Assembly (NCBI GenBank): GCA_030390025.1
Contig: CM059453.1
Location: 7,688,001-7,752,000, forward strand
Direction: 5' to 3'
DNA from: Squalus acanthias
Taxonomy: Eukaryota
DNA length: 64,000 bases
Shown here: positions 38,459 to 51,886 of the stretch, piece after piece
Layout of the letters: every line of letters begins with the position of its first letter
How positions within the stretch are numbered: the stretch's first letter is position 1
Position numbers and translations under genes: made by a program
The notes under the pieces: generated by a model
Seen by the model: the letters and a program-made list of their open reading frames with translations, nothing else
The model's database searches: none
What the model was told of the DNA's origin: nothing

Positions 38459-38762
38459 ACCAGTGTAAGAGTTTCTTCATCAGTAGCTGTGACACCGTCG
38501 ACTATAAGTTTACATCCCAACATCTTCCGATGATGGTCCAGTGATGGGTTGAAGTTGAAAGTGGATGAAACCTTCTGGGAACCCTCGAAACTGTTATCAT
38601 GTTCTTTTGAAGTTTTAATCTCTGGCACAAATGCAGGGATAACATTGTCATGGTTCCTCATCAATTCAAGTTTGGCGGACGGGCAACTGTGTGTGACTGA
38701 GCCGATCAGGTGTGCTGACTTTCCTGCAATCAATTCCCCAGAGACTGATATCCGTGGTTTAT
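38459..38762 (-). pseudogene. Gene B C2a exon, truncated at the inversion breakpoint
   Basis: HLIGSVTHSCP (Cys lost), ELMRNH (Trp lost); the 3' end and donor are replaced by inverted intron sequence. Confidence 0.85.
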
Positions 38763-39009
38763 CTGTAAGGAGAGAAGGACATTCGCGTTACCGTAGATTT
38801 TAATTTAAAAAATGGCGAATGGCGTGCAAGTTGATTCAGCCCAAAGACTTTGAAACATGACCCTAAGAGATGGGGGCCTGTAAATGATCTGATTGAAAAA
38901 AACCATCCTAAGTATTGACAATGTCCTCTGACCTGTCCATTAGAAGTACAAATCTTGATTTATTTTTCCACATCCTTCAGGGATTGGATTTTGACACACC
39001 GGTCTATTC

Positions 39010-39700
39010 TTTTATTGATTATGGAATGTGAGCGTCGCAGACAAGGCCAGCATTTATTGTCCATCCCTAATTGCCCAAGAGAAGGTGGTGGTGAGCCAAC
39101 TTCTTGAACCGCTGCAGTCTCCCACAGTGCAATTAGGGAGGGAGGTCCATGATTTTGACCCAGCGACAATGAAATTTCGGCGATATATTTCCAAGTGAGG
39201 ATGGTGTGTGACTTGGAGGGGAACTTGGAGATGGTGGTGTTCCCATGCGCCTGCTGCCCTTGTCCTTCTAGGTGGTAGAGGTCGCTGGTTTTGGAGGTGC
39301 TGCCGAAGAAGCCTTGGCGAGTTGCTGCAGTGCATCTTGTAGATGGTAAACACTGCAGCCACGGTGCGCCGGTGGTGGAGGGAGTGAATGTTTAATGTGG
39401 TAGATGGGCTGCCAATCAGGCGGGCTGCTTTGTCCTGGATGGTGTCGAGCATCTTGATTGTTGTTGGAGCTACACTCATCCAGGCAAGTGGAGAGTATTC
39501 CAGCACACTCCTGACTTGTGCCTTGTTGATGGTGAAAAGGCTTTGAGGAGTCTGGAGGTGAGACACCCGCCACAGAATACCCAGCCTCTGACCTGCTCTT
39601 TTTGCCACAGTATTTATGTGGCTGGTCCAGTTAAGTTTCTGGTCAATATTGAACGCCAGGATGTTGATGGTGGGGGATTCGGCGATGGCAATGCCATCTA
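39010..39700 (-). mobile_element. Crack/CR1-like LINE RT 3' end, paralogous to 16480-17150
   Basis: ORF 39054-39704. Confidence 0.8.
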
Positions 39701-39943
39701 GCATTGCACTTACTGAATGATCAACAGAGGGAGATTCTGCAAAGTTACTATGAAGGCCAGCGCCCCATTTCAGTTCAAGTCAAAATATAACACTCACCTG
39801 GGTATTACACAATGGACCAGTCCTGCCGCTGTAGCCTGTGGCATGGGGCAAGTGCAACACGAAATCTTTCCATTTTATGCTCAAATTAAATGGCACTGCC
39901 GAGATGGAATATAAACTACATAAGGAACAGATCAAAAACCTAC

Positions 39944-40324
39944 CTCAAAAAAGAAAGAGTGACCTTAGATTCGGTAGAATATCCTTCTATTTTATTGTTG
40001 GCATTGAAGATCTTCAATTTAAAATAATAAACACCTCCATCGATCTTCCTGATGTCCTTTAACTTTAAGGAACATCGTTTATTTTCAAAGTCGCCGGTGA
40101 ACTGAGCGCGCCCTCCATAGTTCAAGGGCACATTGTCTGAATTCCGGGAATCACATAAAATCGACACCCCTGAGGTACCAGTTTTAAGACCCCCCTTTAA
40201 CCACATACCCAGTGGGCTGCGGCCATAGGCGGGATAATCAAATGTACACGGGATCTCTGCACATGACCCGTTCACCGCCGACACCTTCCACGGCACCTTC
40301 ACAACCATCGTGAACTTGGGACAA
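39944..40324 (-). pseudogene. Gene B V-set exon (frameshifted)
   Basis: Nearly identical to gene A's V exon; a 1-nt deletion gives TGG TTG TGA (stop at 40299-40301); 1 extra nt before the donor. Confidence 0.85.
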
Positions 40325-40693
40325 CTGGTGAAAAAACAGAAATTAAACACCCATTGAAGTCCGCGATAATATCGCAATTAAAACATACCCTGACCGTCAA
40401 GTTAAATACCATTAATTTAACCTTTAAACACCCACCAACATATTATTTGGTACATCAATTAAACTCGTGACATTTTCAAAAAAACTCTTCAGATTCCATT
40501 GAAAGCCGATAAATAATAGAGTAAATATTAAAACAATTTTATAAAATACAAGATCAAGTTTCGAATGAAATATACATTAATTGCGCTAATCGGGAATTTG
40601 CAAATTAGCAACTAAACATGTACTATCTCCACAAATATGAATTGTTTTATTTTCCACAAAATGGAAATCGCGTCGGACATTAATTATTAAAAC

Positions 40694-40726
40694 TATCAGA
40701 ATGGAGATAAATCTAATACTCTTCAT
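40694..40726 (-). pseudogene. Gene B leader exon remnant
   Basis: ATG AAG AGT ATT AGA TTT ATC TCC ATT CTG ATA, then a deletion of about 20 nt that removes the AGCGAAG|GTAAAA donor. Confidence 0.8.
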
Positions 40727-42007
40727 GACTGGAGGCGGTTCACGATGTCAAAATAACAGAAATTGATTTTAACACAGAAAGATCACATTTCTTCATTCCA
40801 TTCGCCGGTCATAGGCTGGAGTTCATAGCGAATCGAATCAAAGTATTAGTCAGTCAGCTGTTCGCCACCCACCAATCATTGGAAGCCGCGGTAGCTCACA
40901 CAGCTTGCGCCACTCCTGAAATGTTGATGATCAAAATGCTGGAAATCTGGGGCCACTTCGAATATGACAGTGTGCATCAGTGATTGGCCCTCAGTTACAG
41001 GATATAATGAGGACGGTTACTGCTGATTAACACTGAGTAGAGATGCACCCAGACCCCTCATCATCTGAACAGGTACAGGACAGGCGGTGGCACTTTAGAT
41101 TGCAATATCTAAAATCGCCTCTCCACCAGCTTTAGAAGCACCGACACACAACTCCCACACACTGAGCTATTTATCAGCCCTTGAACTTCGAGTGTTTGAA
41201 GTGTGAAGCTTTGGTTAGTCCTGTAGCCATTGTCTGCAGACGTGTGGGTTGATCACCTTCAGTAGTTCGGGGACACAACACGTAAATGAAATGTTAAAAG
41301 ATACACAAGAGTTTATCAGTAAACAGTTTCAAGTGGGTAAAGTGCCATTTTTAGAAGTGACTTCAGCTGTTTATACTGACCCTGCAGCGAGATGAGATCT
41401 GCTTAAATTAACTCATTGAGATCCGAGTTGCTACAATGACGGGTTTATGAAAATTCTGACTTTAGTGCTAGAACTGTGATGTGTGACGTGAGCTTTCTGA
41501 TTGGAGGGTCAATGCTGCTGGATACAATGTGGATATTTTTATCGACGAGAACAAATCCCTGCAAATTGATCAGTGGGATCAAATCCTGGATACAATCGGG
41601 AACCTCATTCGAACACAGTCCAGCTTCAAACTGGGCGCATTTGGAATCAGATTAAGAAGCAGAATCAGTTCAGATTAGTTGGAAGATAAGAGGACCGTAT
41701 CACTGCTACCATGAAGGGGTTAGTGATCAATCGATACCTTACCTTATAGATCTCAGTAAAGCACCTCGGATGAGCCTCGTGCAGTTTGAACAACTCACTC
41801 TTTTCCATTTTCACAGTTCTAAATCTGAAATCCGTTATATTTTCCTGAGGAAATTGCTTATTTTTCTGGAGCTCTACCATCACAATATGTTGAGCGTTCT
41901 ATTCCTACTAATTGGTCTTCTCCAGAAAGGAAAGATATTTAATTATCCGGGTATTTCCAACGCACAAAGTGAGAGGGGCTCGGCAGCCGCGACAGATAAA
42001 TCAGGGC

Positions 42008-42202
42008 GATAGCAAAATACTGCGGATGCTGGAAATCCGAAATAACAACAGAAAACGCTGGAAAAACTCAGCAGGCCAGACAACATCCGTGGAGAGAGAA
42101 AGAGAGTTAACGTTTCAGGTCAATGACCTTTCATCAGTTCTGATGAAAGGTCATTGACCTGAAAAGTTAACTCTCTTTCTCTCTCCACGGATGCTGCCTG
42201 GC
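42008..42202. mobile_element. Penelope-derived palindromic insertion with 15-bp flanking duplication
   Basis: CAGATAAATCAGGGC at 41993-42007 and 42203-42217; IR arms 42074-42137 and 42140-42203. Confidence 0.85.
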
Positions 42203-42879
42203 CAGATAAATCAGGGCTCCTGAACATCCCGGGCACACAAAGCCTTGTAGAAAACCCGGAACTGTTGAAAAGGCAAAACAGGTCAGTTGCTGTCTGTGGG
42301 GTGAAGATATCAGTGAACATTTTGGGAGAAGAATACAGCAGAATTGAAAACCAAAGATTATCAAACAGTTTTGTAAAGCGAGAAAGAAGAAGCCCTGACG
42401 AGAAAACAAAGGCCCACATTACAGGATGGGGATCACTGGCTTACCAACCAGTTAGTACAAGGCTGTTGCAACATATAAAATATCATCGGTCAGTGAATGG
42501 AAATACACTATAAGAACTGCGGAATGTGCAATCGGTGCAGAGGATGATAATTGTCCAGCAGGAACACACCATTTGACTTTCTGAATGTGACTGTTTTTAA
42601 CATTCTAGGATATATATGCACTAAATTCAACATGCAGTCCTGTTGCAATGCCAGTTTCTCTGGACTATCTCTGGGTTCGGGAATTCAGGATAGGGAACAG
42701 TACCTTCTCGGGAGTGCCTCGTGGTTATTTCACTCCCTCAAGGATATTAGATAAGTGAATGAGAGTCAGTGAGAGTGAATTGCACATGTTCACGTTGCAG
42801 CGTCTACGCGACCAATAGTCAGTCCTTGTTCAATTCTCCTTACAAACGGTACTGACACTAATTGAGGGGTATATGGAAC

Positions 42880-43452
42880 GGTAGCTGTATTTGGGGTGTG
42901 CAGACCAAAGGATGGTACTTCGGCAGTTTAATAATTAAATCAAGACACAGTTCCGATCTACATCTTACAGAAAAAGATATAGATGCAGTGGCGAAGGTGC
43001 AAAACAGATTTTCAAGTATTATACCAGAAATAAGAAGTTATAAGCAGAATGAACGGTCTGGGGAGCTTTTCTCTAGAAAAGAGAAGGCTGAAAGGTGACC
43101 TAATAGAGAGCTTTAATATTATGACGGGGTTCGATAGGTTTGACGTAGAGAAGATGGTTCCATTCGTAGGGAGATCAAAACTCGAGTTCCTCGATATAAG
43201 TTAGTCACTGAGAAATACAATAAGGAATTCAGGAGAAACTGTTTTACCCAGCGAGTGATTAGAAGGTGGATCTTGCTAGCACAAGGAGTAGTTGAGGCGA
43301 ATATCTTAGATGCATTTAAGGGGCTGCTAGATAAGTACATGAGTGGGAAAGCAATGTAAGGTTATGTTGATAGAGTTAGATGAAGAGGGGTGGGAGAAGG
43401 TTCAGACCAGTTGGGCCTAATGGACTGTTTCTAAGCTGCAAATTCGATGTAA
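42880..43452 (+). mobile_element. Degenerate CR1 3' fragment
   Basis: KDIDAVAKVQNRF; RRLKGDLIE-like motifs. Confidence 0.75.
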
Positions 43453-46400
43453 TGAACTCATCGCATTCAGCGAATTGTTTCCCTTCCTCAGAGCTATACA
43501 TGGTGTCTCAAAGAAATTCCTCGCACCTCCCTCCTCCTCCAAATACTCTACCCAACCTCTGCCGCAATGTTCCTACTGGTGTCTTGGGAATTATCTACAC
43601 CCCCACCCCTCCGCCTCAACCTACCTCAACCACCACCTGTGATATTCCATATTGCACTGATTTCCTTCACACTGTATTAATAGTCTGCATTACCTATTTC
43701 TTGTCATGTATTTATCATCTGCTTGAAGGTATTCTATGTGGTTTTAGCTGGTTTTCTTAAGCACGATCCTGTTGTTGGGTTAAGCAGTTCTTTTCAATCC
43801 CTTGATGCCACTGACAATATCAAGTTATTTCCTACTTAGTAACTCTCACAGTTCTTGCTGCAACTGGTCACTTCCGAGTGCCACCTGTTTTTGTAACTAT
43901 TAAATAGAGCTATTACACATTTACAGTAAATATTAGTCCACTATTTAATGTATGAATCTCGGCTTCTTAAGATCAAAGTTTCAAGATATCTATGAAGTCA
44001 CTGCTTAGTCTTCTTGTTTTCTAGAGCAGAGAGAGACAGAGAGAAAGTGTGTGAGAGAGAGTATGACAGAGAAAAAGGGGCACAGGGAATGCGTGCTAAG
44101 ATCCATGTCATAATCTGGATTTACAGGCTAGTTGAGGGATGTGTGTTCAGACCCAGGTCTTAGCTTGGCTTTACTGACTAGTTTAGGGATGTGTGTTCAG
44201 ACCTAGGACCCAACTCTGCTCTTACTGGCATACACAGTCTGGGTGTACTAAGTTGAATTATAGTGGAGGCTGGAGTTTTGCAAAAGGGGACTCGATGCAA
44301 TATTTCATGCAAGTCATTCTGTTTAATGCTTGGAACACACAGTTACTTTATGGAAATCAACGTGGTTTTTAAATTGAATTGGGACATTTCAATCTGTTAG
44401 ACTGTGATGGCAAATAGGTTATTGTTGTTTTTTGCAGGAGTAAACCATTCGGCCCCTCGAGGCTGCTCCGCCATTCAATAAGATCATGGTTGATCTGATC
44501 TTAGCCTCAACTCCACTTCCCTGCCCGCTCCCCATAACCCTCGACTCCCCTATTGTTCAAAAATCTGTCTGTTTTCACCTTAAATATATTCAATGACTCC
44601 TCCTCCACAGTTCTCTGGGGAAGATAATTCCAAAGCTTCACGACTGAGAGAAGAAATTCCTCCTCATCTCCGTTTTAAATGGGCGACATATTATTCTAAA
44701 ACTATGACCCCTAGATCTAGACACCCCCTCTAGGGGCAACACCGTCTCTGCTTCTACCCTGACAAGCCCCCTCAGAAAATTGATTCATGCTCAAAAATGG
44801 TGAGACCAGTGTTTGAAGAGGATCACGATGTAACGCATAATTTGTCATTGTTTAGTGTATCCAATGCATCATTAAAAAGTCATAAATCGTTTACCTTGTT
44901 ATCTGTTACTTGAGCTCAGTGGAGCTGAGAGTGGAACACTTGACATACATTCAAAATAAGCATCAACCTTTCCCCGATCAGGCACAGTGCAGTCAACTGA
45001 AGGAATAGTCTCCTGTTAAGGCTTCTGTACAGCAACTGCATATCATCCCCTTTTACCTGTTTGTGGTGCTGACAGTGTGAATGTGTCTGGGGGATTCCAT
45101 TTAGTTAGTGACATTGCAAATGCACATCGGGAACACTCCCCTTCTTCAGTATCTCCACTGAAATCGCAAACGTTCCCTGGGTGTTATGATTGCAATAGAA
45201 ATAAACCTTACCATGAGGGTCACACTGTGACTAAAACACAGCCTCCGGAGGAATATTCCTGCTTCATCTGAGTCTCTATTTAAGGTCAAGAGAGGCCAAC
45301 CGAACAACGAAGATTATAAAATATGTTATAATAATAAGACTCTGGTTATTTCTGCCTCTTTATCAGTGGTGCAATATCAGCTCACTTTTCACTATTGTCT
45401 GTCAGGTCAGTGGTATTTATCATATATATTAGATTATGTATTTACTCTGTTGTAAATTAGCACAATAATTCTGCTAGATTTCGGAGCATGGATATATGAG
45501 CAGGTCCCAAACCAACATCCACAGCTCCCAGTGCGAGAGACAATGATCAATCTTCATCTCCCCACCGTTATCAATTAGCCAACCATAATGTGAGATTCAA
45601 TGAATGAGACACTGGGCTTCAGGGATAATCAATATCTGTTCCAATGTACGACACAATAGGTACATTACACATCGCCACAGGTAGTCCATTGAGAACACCC
45701 ACACCGAGATACAATGCGTGGTTCAGGTGCCCTCAGGAAAGGTCATTTGATAGCCCCGTCTGCAATATTCAATGGGAAATCTACATATGTCCATTGCCAA
45801 TCCACTAACCACCGCCAATGTGAGATATATTGGGTGAGGTACAACCTCTTATGAAAATTAACTTTAACATAGTGCCTTGAAGTACAAAACGTCCTGAAGC
45901 ACTTACACAGTTTATAGCATGAGAAGTTCATTCCAAAACAGTGGAGAAATTTTAAGAGATTTAGAGAGAGAGTAAATTGAAGGCAAGGACAAAAAATTGG
46001 CGTTGACGGAAAATAGACACATAGAGAGGGGAAGTGGATATAATGGGGGGTTCCACAAGGCCTAGGCAACAGTAAGTGCTGGGAACCAATAGTGGAATGC
46101 ATGGAATGGGTAAATGTACAGGACGCCACATCTTTTTTTATGATTCATGAGAAGTGGACGTCGCTGACAAGGCCAGCATTGATTGCCCATCCCTAATTGC
46201 CCTTGAAAAGGTGGTGGTGAGACGCCTTCTTGAACCGCTGCAGTCCGTGTGGTGGAGTTACTCCCACAGTGCTGTTAGGGATGGAGTTCCATGATTTTGA
46301 CCCAGCGACGATGAAGGAACGGCGATATAATTCCAAGTCAGTGTGGTGTGTGGAAGGAGAACTTGGAGGTTGTGGTGTTCCCATGCGCCTGCTGTCCTTG

Positions 46401-49400
46401 TCCTTCTAGGTGGAAGGGGTCTTTGGTTTGGGTGGTGCTGCAAATGATGCCTTGACGAGTTGCTGCAGTGCATCTTGTAGATGGTACACACTGCAGCCAC
46501 GGTATGCCGGTGGTGGAGGGCGTGAATATTTAAGGTGGTGGATTGGGTGACGATCAAACATGCATAACACTGAAAGGTGCTGGAAAGTATATTTGGAAAA
46601 AATTGCAGAGTATAAACGGAGAATTGCTATGACATGGAGTGCACTGCCTGAAGCTGTGATAGTATCAAATTCAATAGTAACTTTCTGAAGTGAACTGGAT
46701 TTATACTTTAAAAGGAATAATTTGCAGGGTGATGGAGAAAGGACAGGCGCGTGGGACTAATTGGATATCTCTTTCAAATAGCCGGCACAGGCACGATGGG
46801 GTGAATAATTACCTTCTGTATTGTATTATTCTATGATTCTACCAATACACATCAGAACAGGAATGTTGGAGAGGCGGGTCAGTATGGTTTCCTGAAACTC
46901 AGTGCAAAAGCCAACAATAACTTATTTGCCATCACAGTCTAACAGATTGCAATGTTCCAATTCAATTTAAAAACCACGTTGATTTCCATAAAATTATTGT
47001 GTGTTCCAAGCATAAAACAGAGAGTTGCATGAAATGTCTCACCGAGTCACCTTGATAAAACCCCACCCTTTACTAGGATTCAATCTAATACACCCAGACT
47101 CTGTGTGCCAGTAAGAGCAGAGTATCTTAAAAGTAGGAATGTAGCAAGCTTTACAACTAGTTCCGGATGCATTTAGCTGGGATAACAGAAGATTAATGGG
47201 CCTGGTCACCAAAGTGATTGAAATGGCAGTTGCAGCGCTTCCTTCTATTGAGAGGATGTGTGGAAATCGACCAGACCACATCACACGTCATATCTGTTGG
47301 ACAATGGTGGAAAGTGCATTGCATCAGGAAGAAGACATTATCCGGCCACAGCTGCTTCGTTCTGCACAAGCTGTAACAACTTTCGATAGTCTATGTTGGG
47401 GAGGGTGAGGTGGACTCGGAGTTTTTCTTGGCATGATACAGGATGTCTGCCTCAGTTGGACTCAGATGTGTCTGATGATACAGTGACAAAAAGCCCATGT
47501 AATACCGGCGTTCGGCCACTGTGTGGGGCTGTTGGATTTAGACGCTTTTCTCAATCACATTGAGCACAAGGAACAAACATGATTTCAGGCTGCAGAAGGA
47601 ATCAGAGAAATTGCAAAAAATGGCAATTCAAAATGCAATTGCAGATATTACAACACTCTGAAAATCCAAGGAGAAATTCAGCAATTAGTATTTCGCCATC
47701 CCAGCTAACCTGGACCAGGCACTTAAAGATCAGTCAGTGCTCCCGCTCTGGTTTAAAACCCCACAGACACTCTTTGTTAGACTTGCAAGTTAAAAATGGG
47801 CATTTGTTTGAGGTACTGGCTGGAATGTATTTTAATAATAGACAAGCATTTCACAACAGGGGCAAAATTGTAACATGGAAGAGGAGTGGAAAAATACAGG
47901 GGCACAATTTTTAATTCATTCTTGGGATGTGGGCGTCGCTGGCATGGCCTCGATTATTGCTCATTCCTAGTTGCCGTTGAGAAGGTGGTGGTGGGCCTTC
48001 TTCTTGAAACGTTGCAGTCTGTGTGGCGAAGCTGCTCCCACATTGCTGTTAGGGAGGGAGTTCCAGGATTTTGACCCAGCGATGTTGAAGAGATGGTCGT
48101 ATATTTCCAAGTCAGGGTGGGTTGTGACTTGGAGGGGAAATTGGAGGTGATGGATTGCCCATGCACCTATTGTCCTGATATAGAGGCAGTGACATCTTCC
48201 TTGTATCTTACTTTCTGATTTTAGGGATAAATGCACAATCCCATTCTCCAAGCAGTGGGCCGAACATGCAGAGATGGTTGTTCAGAGAATCGCGCTCAGT
48301 GTTGCAGCCTATCTCCGACCCGTGCTTCCTGTAATTCACTGTCAACTCTGAGCTCTCACTTTGCAGTACAGTTTAAACACTGATGTGCAAACACAACAAG
48401 TCCTTTCAAGATGCAGCATTGAGTCTAAGGCGGATGGTGCCTGAGCATAGATAAACTCATTCTGGTTCAATTGTCCAGAATGATTCAAACCATAGAACGT
48501 CACAGATAGCAGCGGGCTGACGGCTGTAGTAACCACATGCAGGGGCTCTAAATAGAAACCAGCACATCACACCTCCGCTTTGGTGTAAATTTGGTGTACT
48601 TTCCCTGAAGTAAATAAAACCACCTCGGTGCAGCCACACTGAATGAGGCACAGAGCAAGCACAATAGGAACATTCTGTGTTAAACCCAAAGTGCGCCCCG
48701 AAGTTGACCACACCTCACATCACCTGACATTCTCAAAGCAAACTGGGCCTTGTGTGGAGCATAATTGAGCAGAGTGCATTGCACAAACGTCCACTCTGGG
48801 ATTGACCAGATATACGGCATCAACTGTTGTTAATGCAAATCAGTGCCCTGGAGCTGAACACATATCTCTAAATGAGTCCCTAATACCCAACTGGGCCCTG
48901 GATCTGGACAGACATTTCTAATCTAGACAGTCCAGCGAAGCAGACGCCTGGATTGAACACACAATCAAAAAAATAGTCAAGAAAGAAACAAAAGAAAAAA
49001 AAGAAAAAAACAATTTCAGTCCTCAATCTGAACACATATCCCTAAATGTGTCCAGAAAACCCAACTGGTCTCTGGGCCTGAACATATATTTTTATACTGG
49101 TCACTAAAGCCAAGCTGTGACCTGGGTCTGAACACACATCCCTAAACTAGTCAGTAAAGCCAAGCTGAGACCTGGGTCTGAACATACACCCCTAAACTAG
49201 TCTGTCAAACCAAACTGGGCCCGCAAACTGGATAGAAAAACAAACAAACAGGGCCCTGGATCTGAACCCAAGCCCACCAACACACACACAATGCAACGGG
49301 TGTCCCCACTTATGATTTTATCATCTTATTTGTTTAACAAGAAAAACTGGGCCCTGGAACTGAACTCACGTCCCTAAACTAGCCTGTAAATGCAAAGTGT

Positions 49401-51068
49401 GACATGGTTCTTAGCATGCATTCCCTGTCTCCCTCTTTCACTGTCATATTCTCTCTCACAGAATTTCTCTGTCTCACTCTTTATTCTGTAGTAAACCTAA
49501 TAGGTACCATGAAAATTTGATCTTGTGAAGCTGAGATTTTTGAAGTAAACAGTGGCCTAATATTTATGTTATTAAATAGAGTGCAAGAACTCTATTTAAT
49601 AGTTACAGCAACAGGTGGTACTAGGAAGTTACCAGGTGCAGCAAGTACTGTGAGAGTAATTAAGTGGGTTAGAACTTGATATTGTCAGTGGCATAAAGAA
49701 ATTTAGGGAACTGCTTAACTCAACAACAGGGTGGTGCTTAAGAAAACCAGCAAAAAGCACATAGCATACCTTCAAGGAGATAATAAAGATAAATACATAA
49801 CAAGAAATAGAAAATGCAGACTATTAATACAGTGTGAATGAAATCAGTGCAATGTGGAATATCTCAGGTGGTGTTGGATGTAGGTTTGGGCGGAGAGGTG
49901 GGGGTGGTGAATATTCCCGAGACAGCAGAAAAAAATAAGCAATTTGCACAGGAATATGTAACGGACTTCAGATTTAGAATTGTGAAAATGGAAATGAGAG
50001 AGTTGTTCAAACTGCACGAGGCTCATCCGAGGTGCTTTACTGAGAATCTATAAGGTAAGGTAGCGATTGATCACTGACCTCTGCATGGTAGCAGTGATAC
50101 GGTCCTCTTATCTTCCAACTAATCTGAACTGATTCTGCTTCTTAATCAGATGCGAAATGCGCCCAGTTTGAAGCTGGACTGTATGCGAATGAGGTTCCCG
50201 ATTGTATCCAGGATTTGATCCCACTGATCAATTTGTAGGGATTTGTTCCCGTAGATAAACATATCCACATTGTTTCCAGCAGCATTGACCCTCCAATCTG
50301 AATGCTCACGTCACACCTCACAGTTCTAGCACTGAAGTCAGAATCTTCATAAACCCGTCATTGTAGCAACTCGGATCTCAATGAGTTAATTTCAGCAGAT
50401 TTCATCTCGCTGTACTGTTAATATAACTAGCTGAAGTCACTTCTAATAATGGCACTTTACCCACTGGAAACTGTTTTCTGAGAAACACTTGAACTTTTGA
50501 CATTTCAGATACGTGTTGTGCCCCCGAACTACTGAAGGTGATCAACCCACACGTCTGTAGACAACGGCGACAGGACTAACCACAGCTTCACACTTCAAAC
50601 ACTCGCAGTTCAAGGGCTGATAAATAGCTCAGTGTGTGGGAGTTGTGAGTCGGGGCTGCTAAAGCTGGTGGAGAGGCGATTTTAGATTTTGCAATCTAAA
50701 GTGTGACCGCCTGTTCTGTAACTGTACAGATGATGAGGGGTTCATCTCTGCTCAGGGTTAATCAGCAGTAACCGGGCCTCATCATATCGTGTAACTGAGG
50801 GCCAATCACTGATGCACACTGTCATATTCGAAGTGGCCCCAGATTTCCAGCTGTTTTGATCATCAACATTTGAGGAGTGGCGCAAGCTGTGTGAGCTGCC
50901 GTGGCTCTCAATGATTGGTGGGTGGCGAACAGCTGACCTCCTAATACTCTGATTCGATTCGCTATGTACTCCAGTCTATTACCGGCGAATGGAATCTTGA
51001 AACTTGATTAATTATATCTGAGATAAAAACAATTTCTGCCATTTTGACATCGTCAACCGCCTCCAGTC

Positions 51069-51111
51069 ATGAAGAGTATTACATTGATCTCCATTCTGAT
51101 ATTTAGCGAAG
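51069..51111 (+). CDS. Siglec-like gene C exon 1, leader (MKSITLISILIFSE)
   Basis: ATG at 51069, GAAG|GTAAAA donor, 43 nt. Confidence 0.85.
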
Positions 51112-51505
51112 GTAAAATATTTATTTTAATAATTAATGTCAGAAGCGCTATCCATTCTGTGGCAAATTAATACGTTTATTGTTTGTGGAGATAGTACATG
51201 TTTAGTTGATAATGTGCAAATTCCCGATTTGTGCATTTAATGTATATTTCATTCGAAAAATTATCTTATATTTTATTAGATTGATTTAATATTTACTCTC
51301 TGATTTATCGACTTTCAATGGAATACTTAATGGAATATGAAGAGTTTTAATGAAACTTTCTCGAGTTTTAATGGATGTACTAATGAATATGTTAGTGGAT
51401 GTTTAAAGGTTAAATGAATAGTATTCAACTTGACGGTCAGGGTATGTTTTAATTGCGATATTATTGCGGATTTCAATGGGTGTTTAATTTCTGTTTTTTC
51501 ACCAG

Positions 51506-51886
51506 TTGTCCATAGTTCACGATGGTCTGTGAAGGTGCCGTGGAAGGTGTCGGCGGTGAGCGGGTCATGTGCTGAGATCCCGTGTACATTTGATTATCCC
51601 GCCTCTGGCCGCAATCCAGGGTGTATGTGGTTAAAGGGGGGTCCTAACCCTGGTACCTCAGGGGTCTCGATTGTCTATGATTCCAGTGATGCAAACAATA
51701 AAGACTATAACGATAGAGGACGAATTGAATTCACCGGCGATTTTCTAAAGAAACAATGTTCCTTACAGATTAATGTCACCAGGAAGAGCGATGCAGGTGA
51801 CTATTACTTCAGAGTGAAGATCACCACCGCCCGGAATATAACAGATCAATACGTTTCCAAATCTCCTGTCTCTCTTTCTATTTTAG
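51506..51886 (+). CDS. Gene C exon 2, Siglec V-set domain with essential Arg (GDYYFRV)
   Basis: ccag acceptor, G|GTAAGT donor, 381 nt open frame. Confidence 0.9.

Larger units (their letters stand above)
29880..40726 (-). pseudogene. Siglec-like gene B, pseudogene (putative former activating-type paralog)
   Basis: Leader exon lacks its donor; V exon frameshifted; C2a has C>G and W>R and is truncated; C2b absent; C2c and TM exons open; cytoplasmic exons contain stops. Confidence 0.85.
38459..44210 (+). repeat. Direct duplicate of about 15925-23300 (gene A 5' half and upstream flank, with fewer 1.55-kb units)
   Basis: Collinear same-strand similarity covering C2a, V, leader and the upstream unit. 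Confidence 0.85.
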
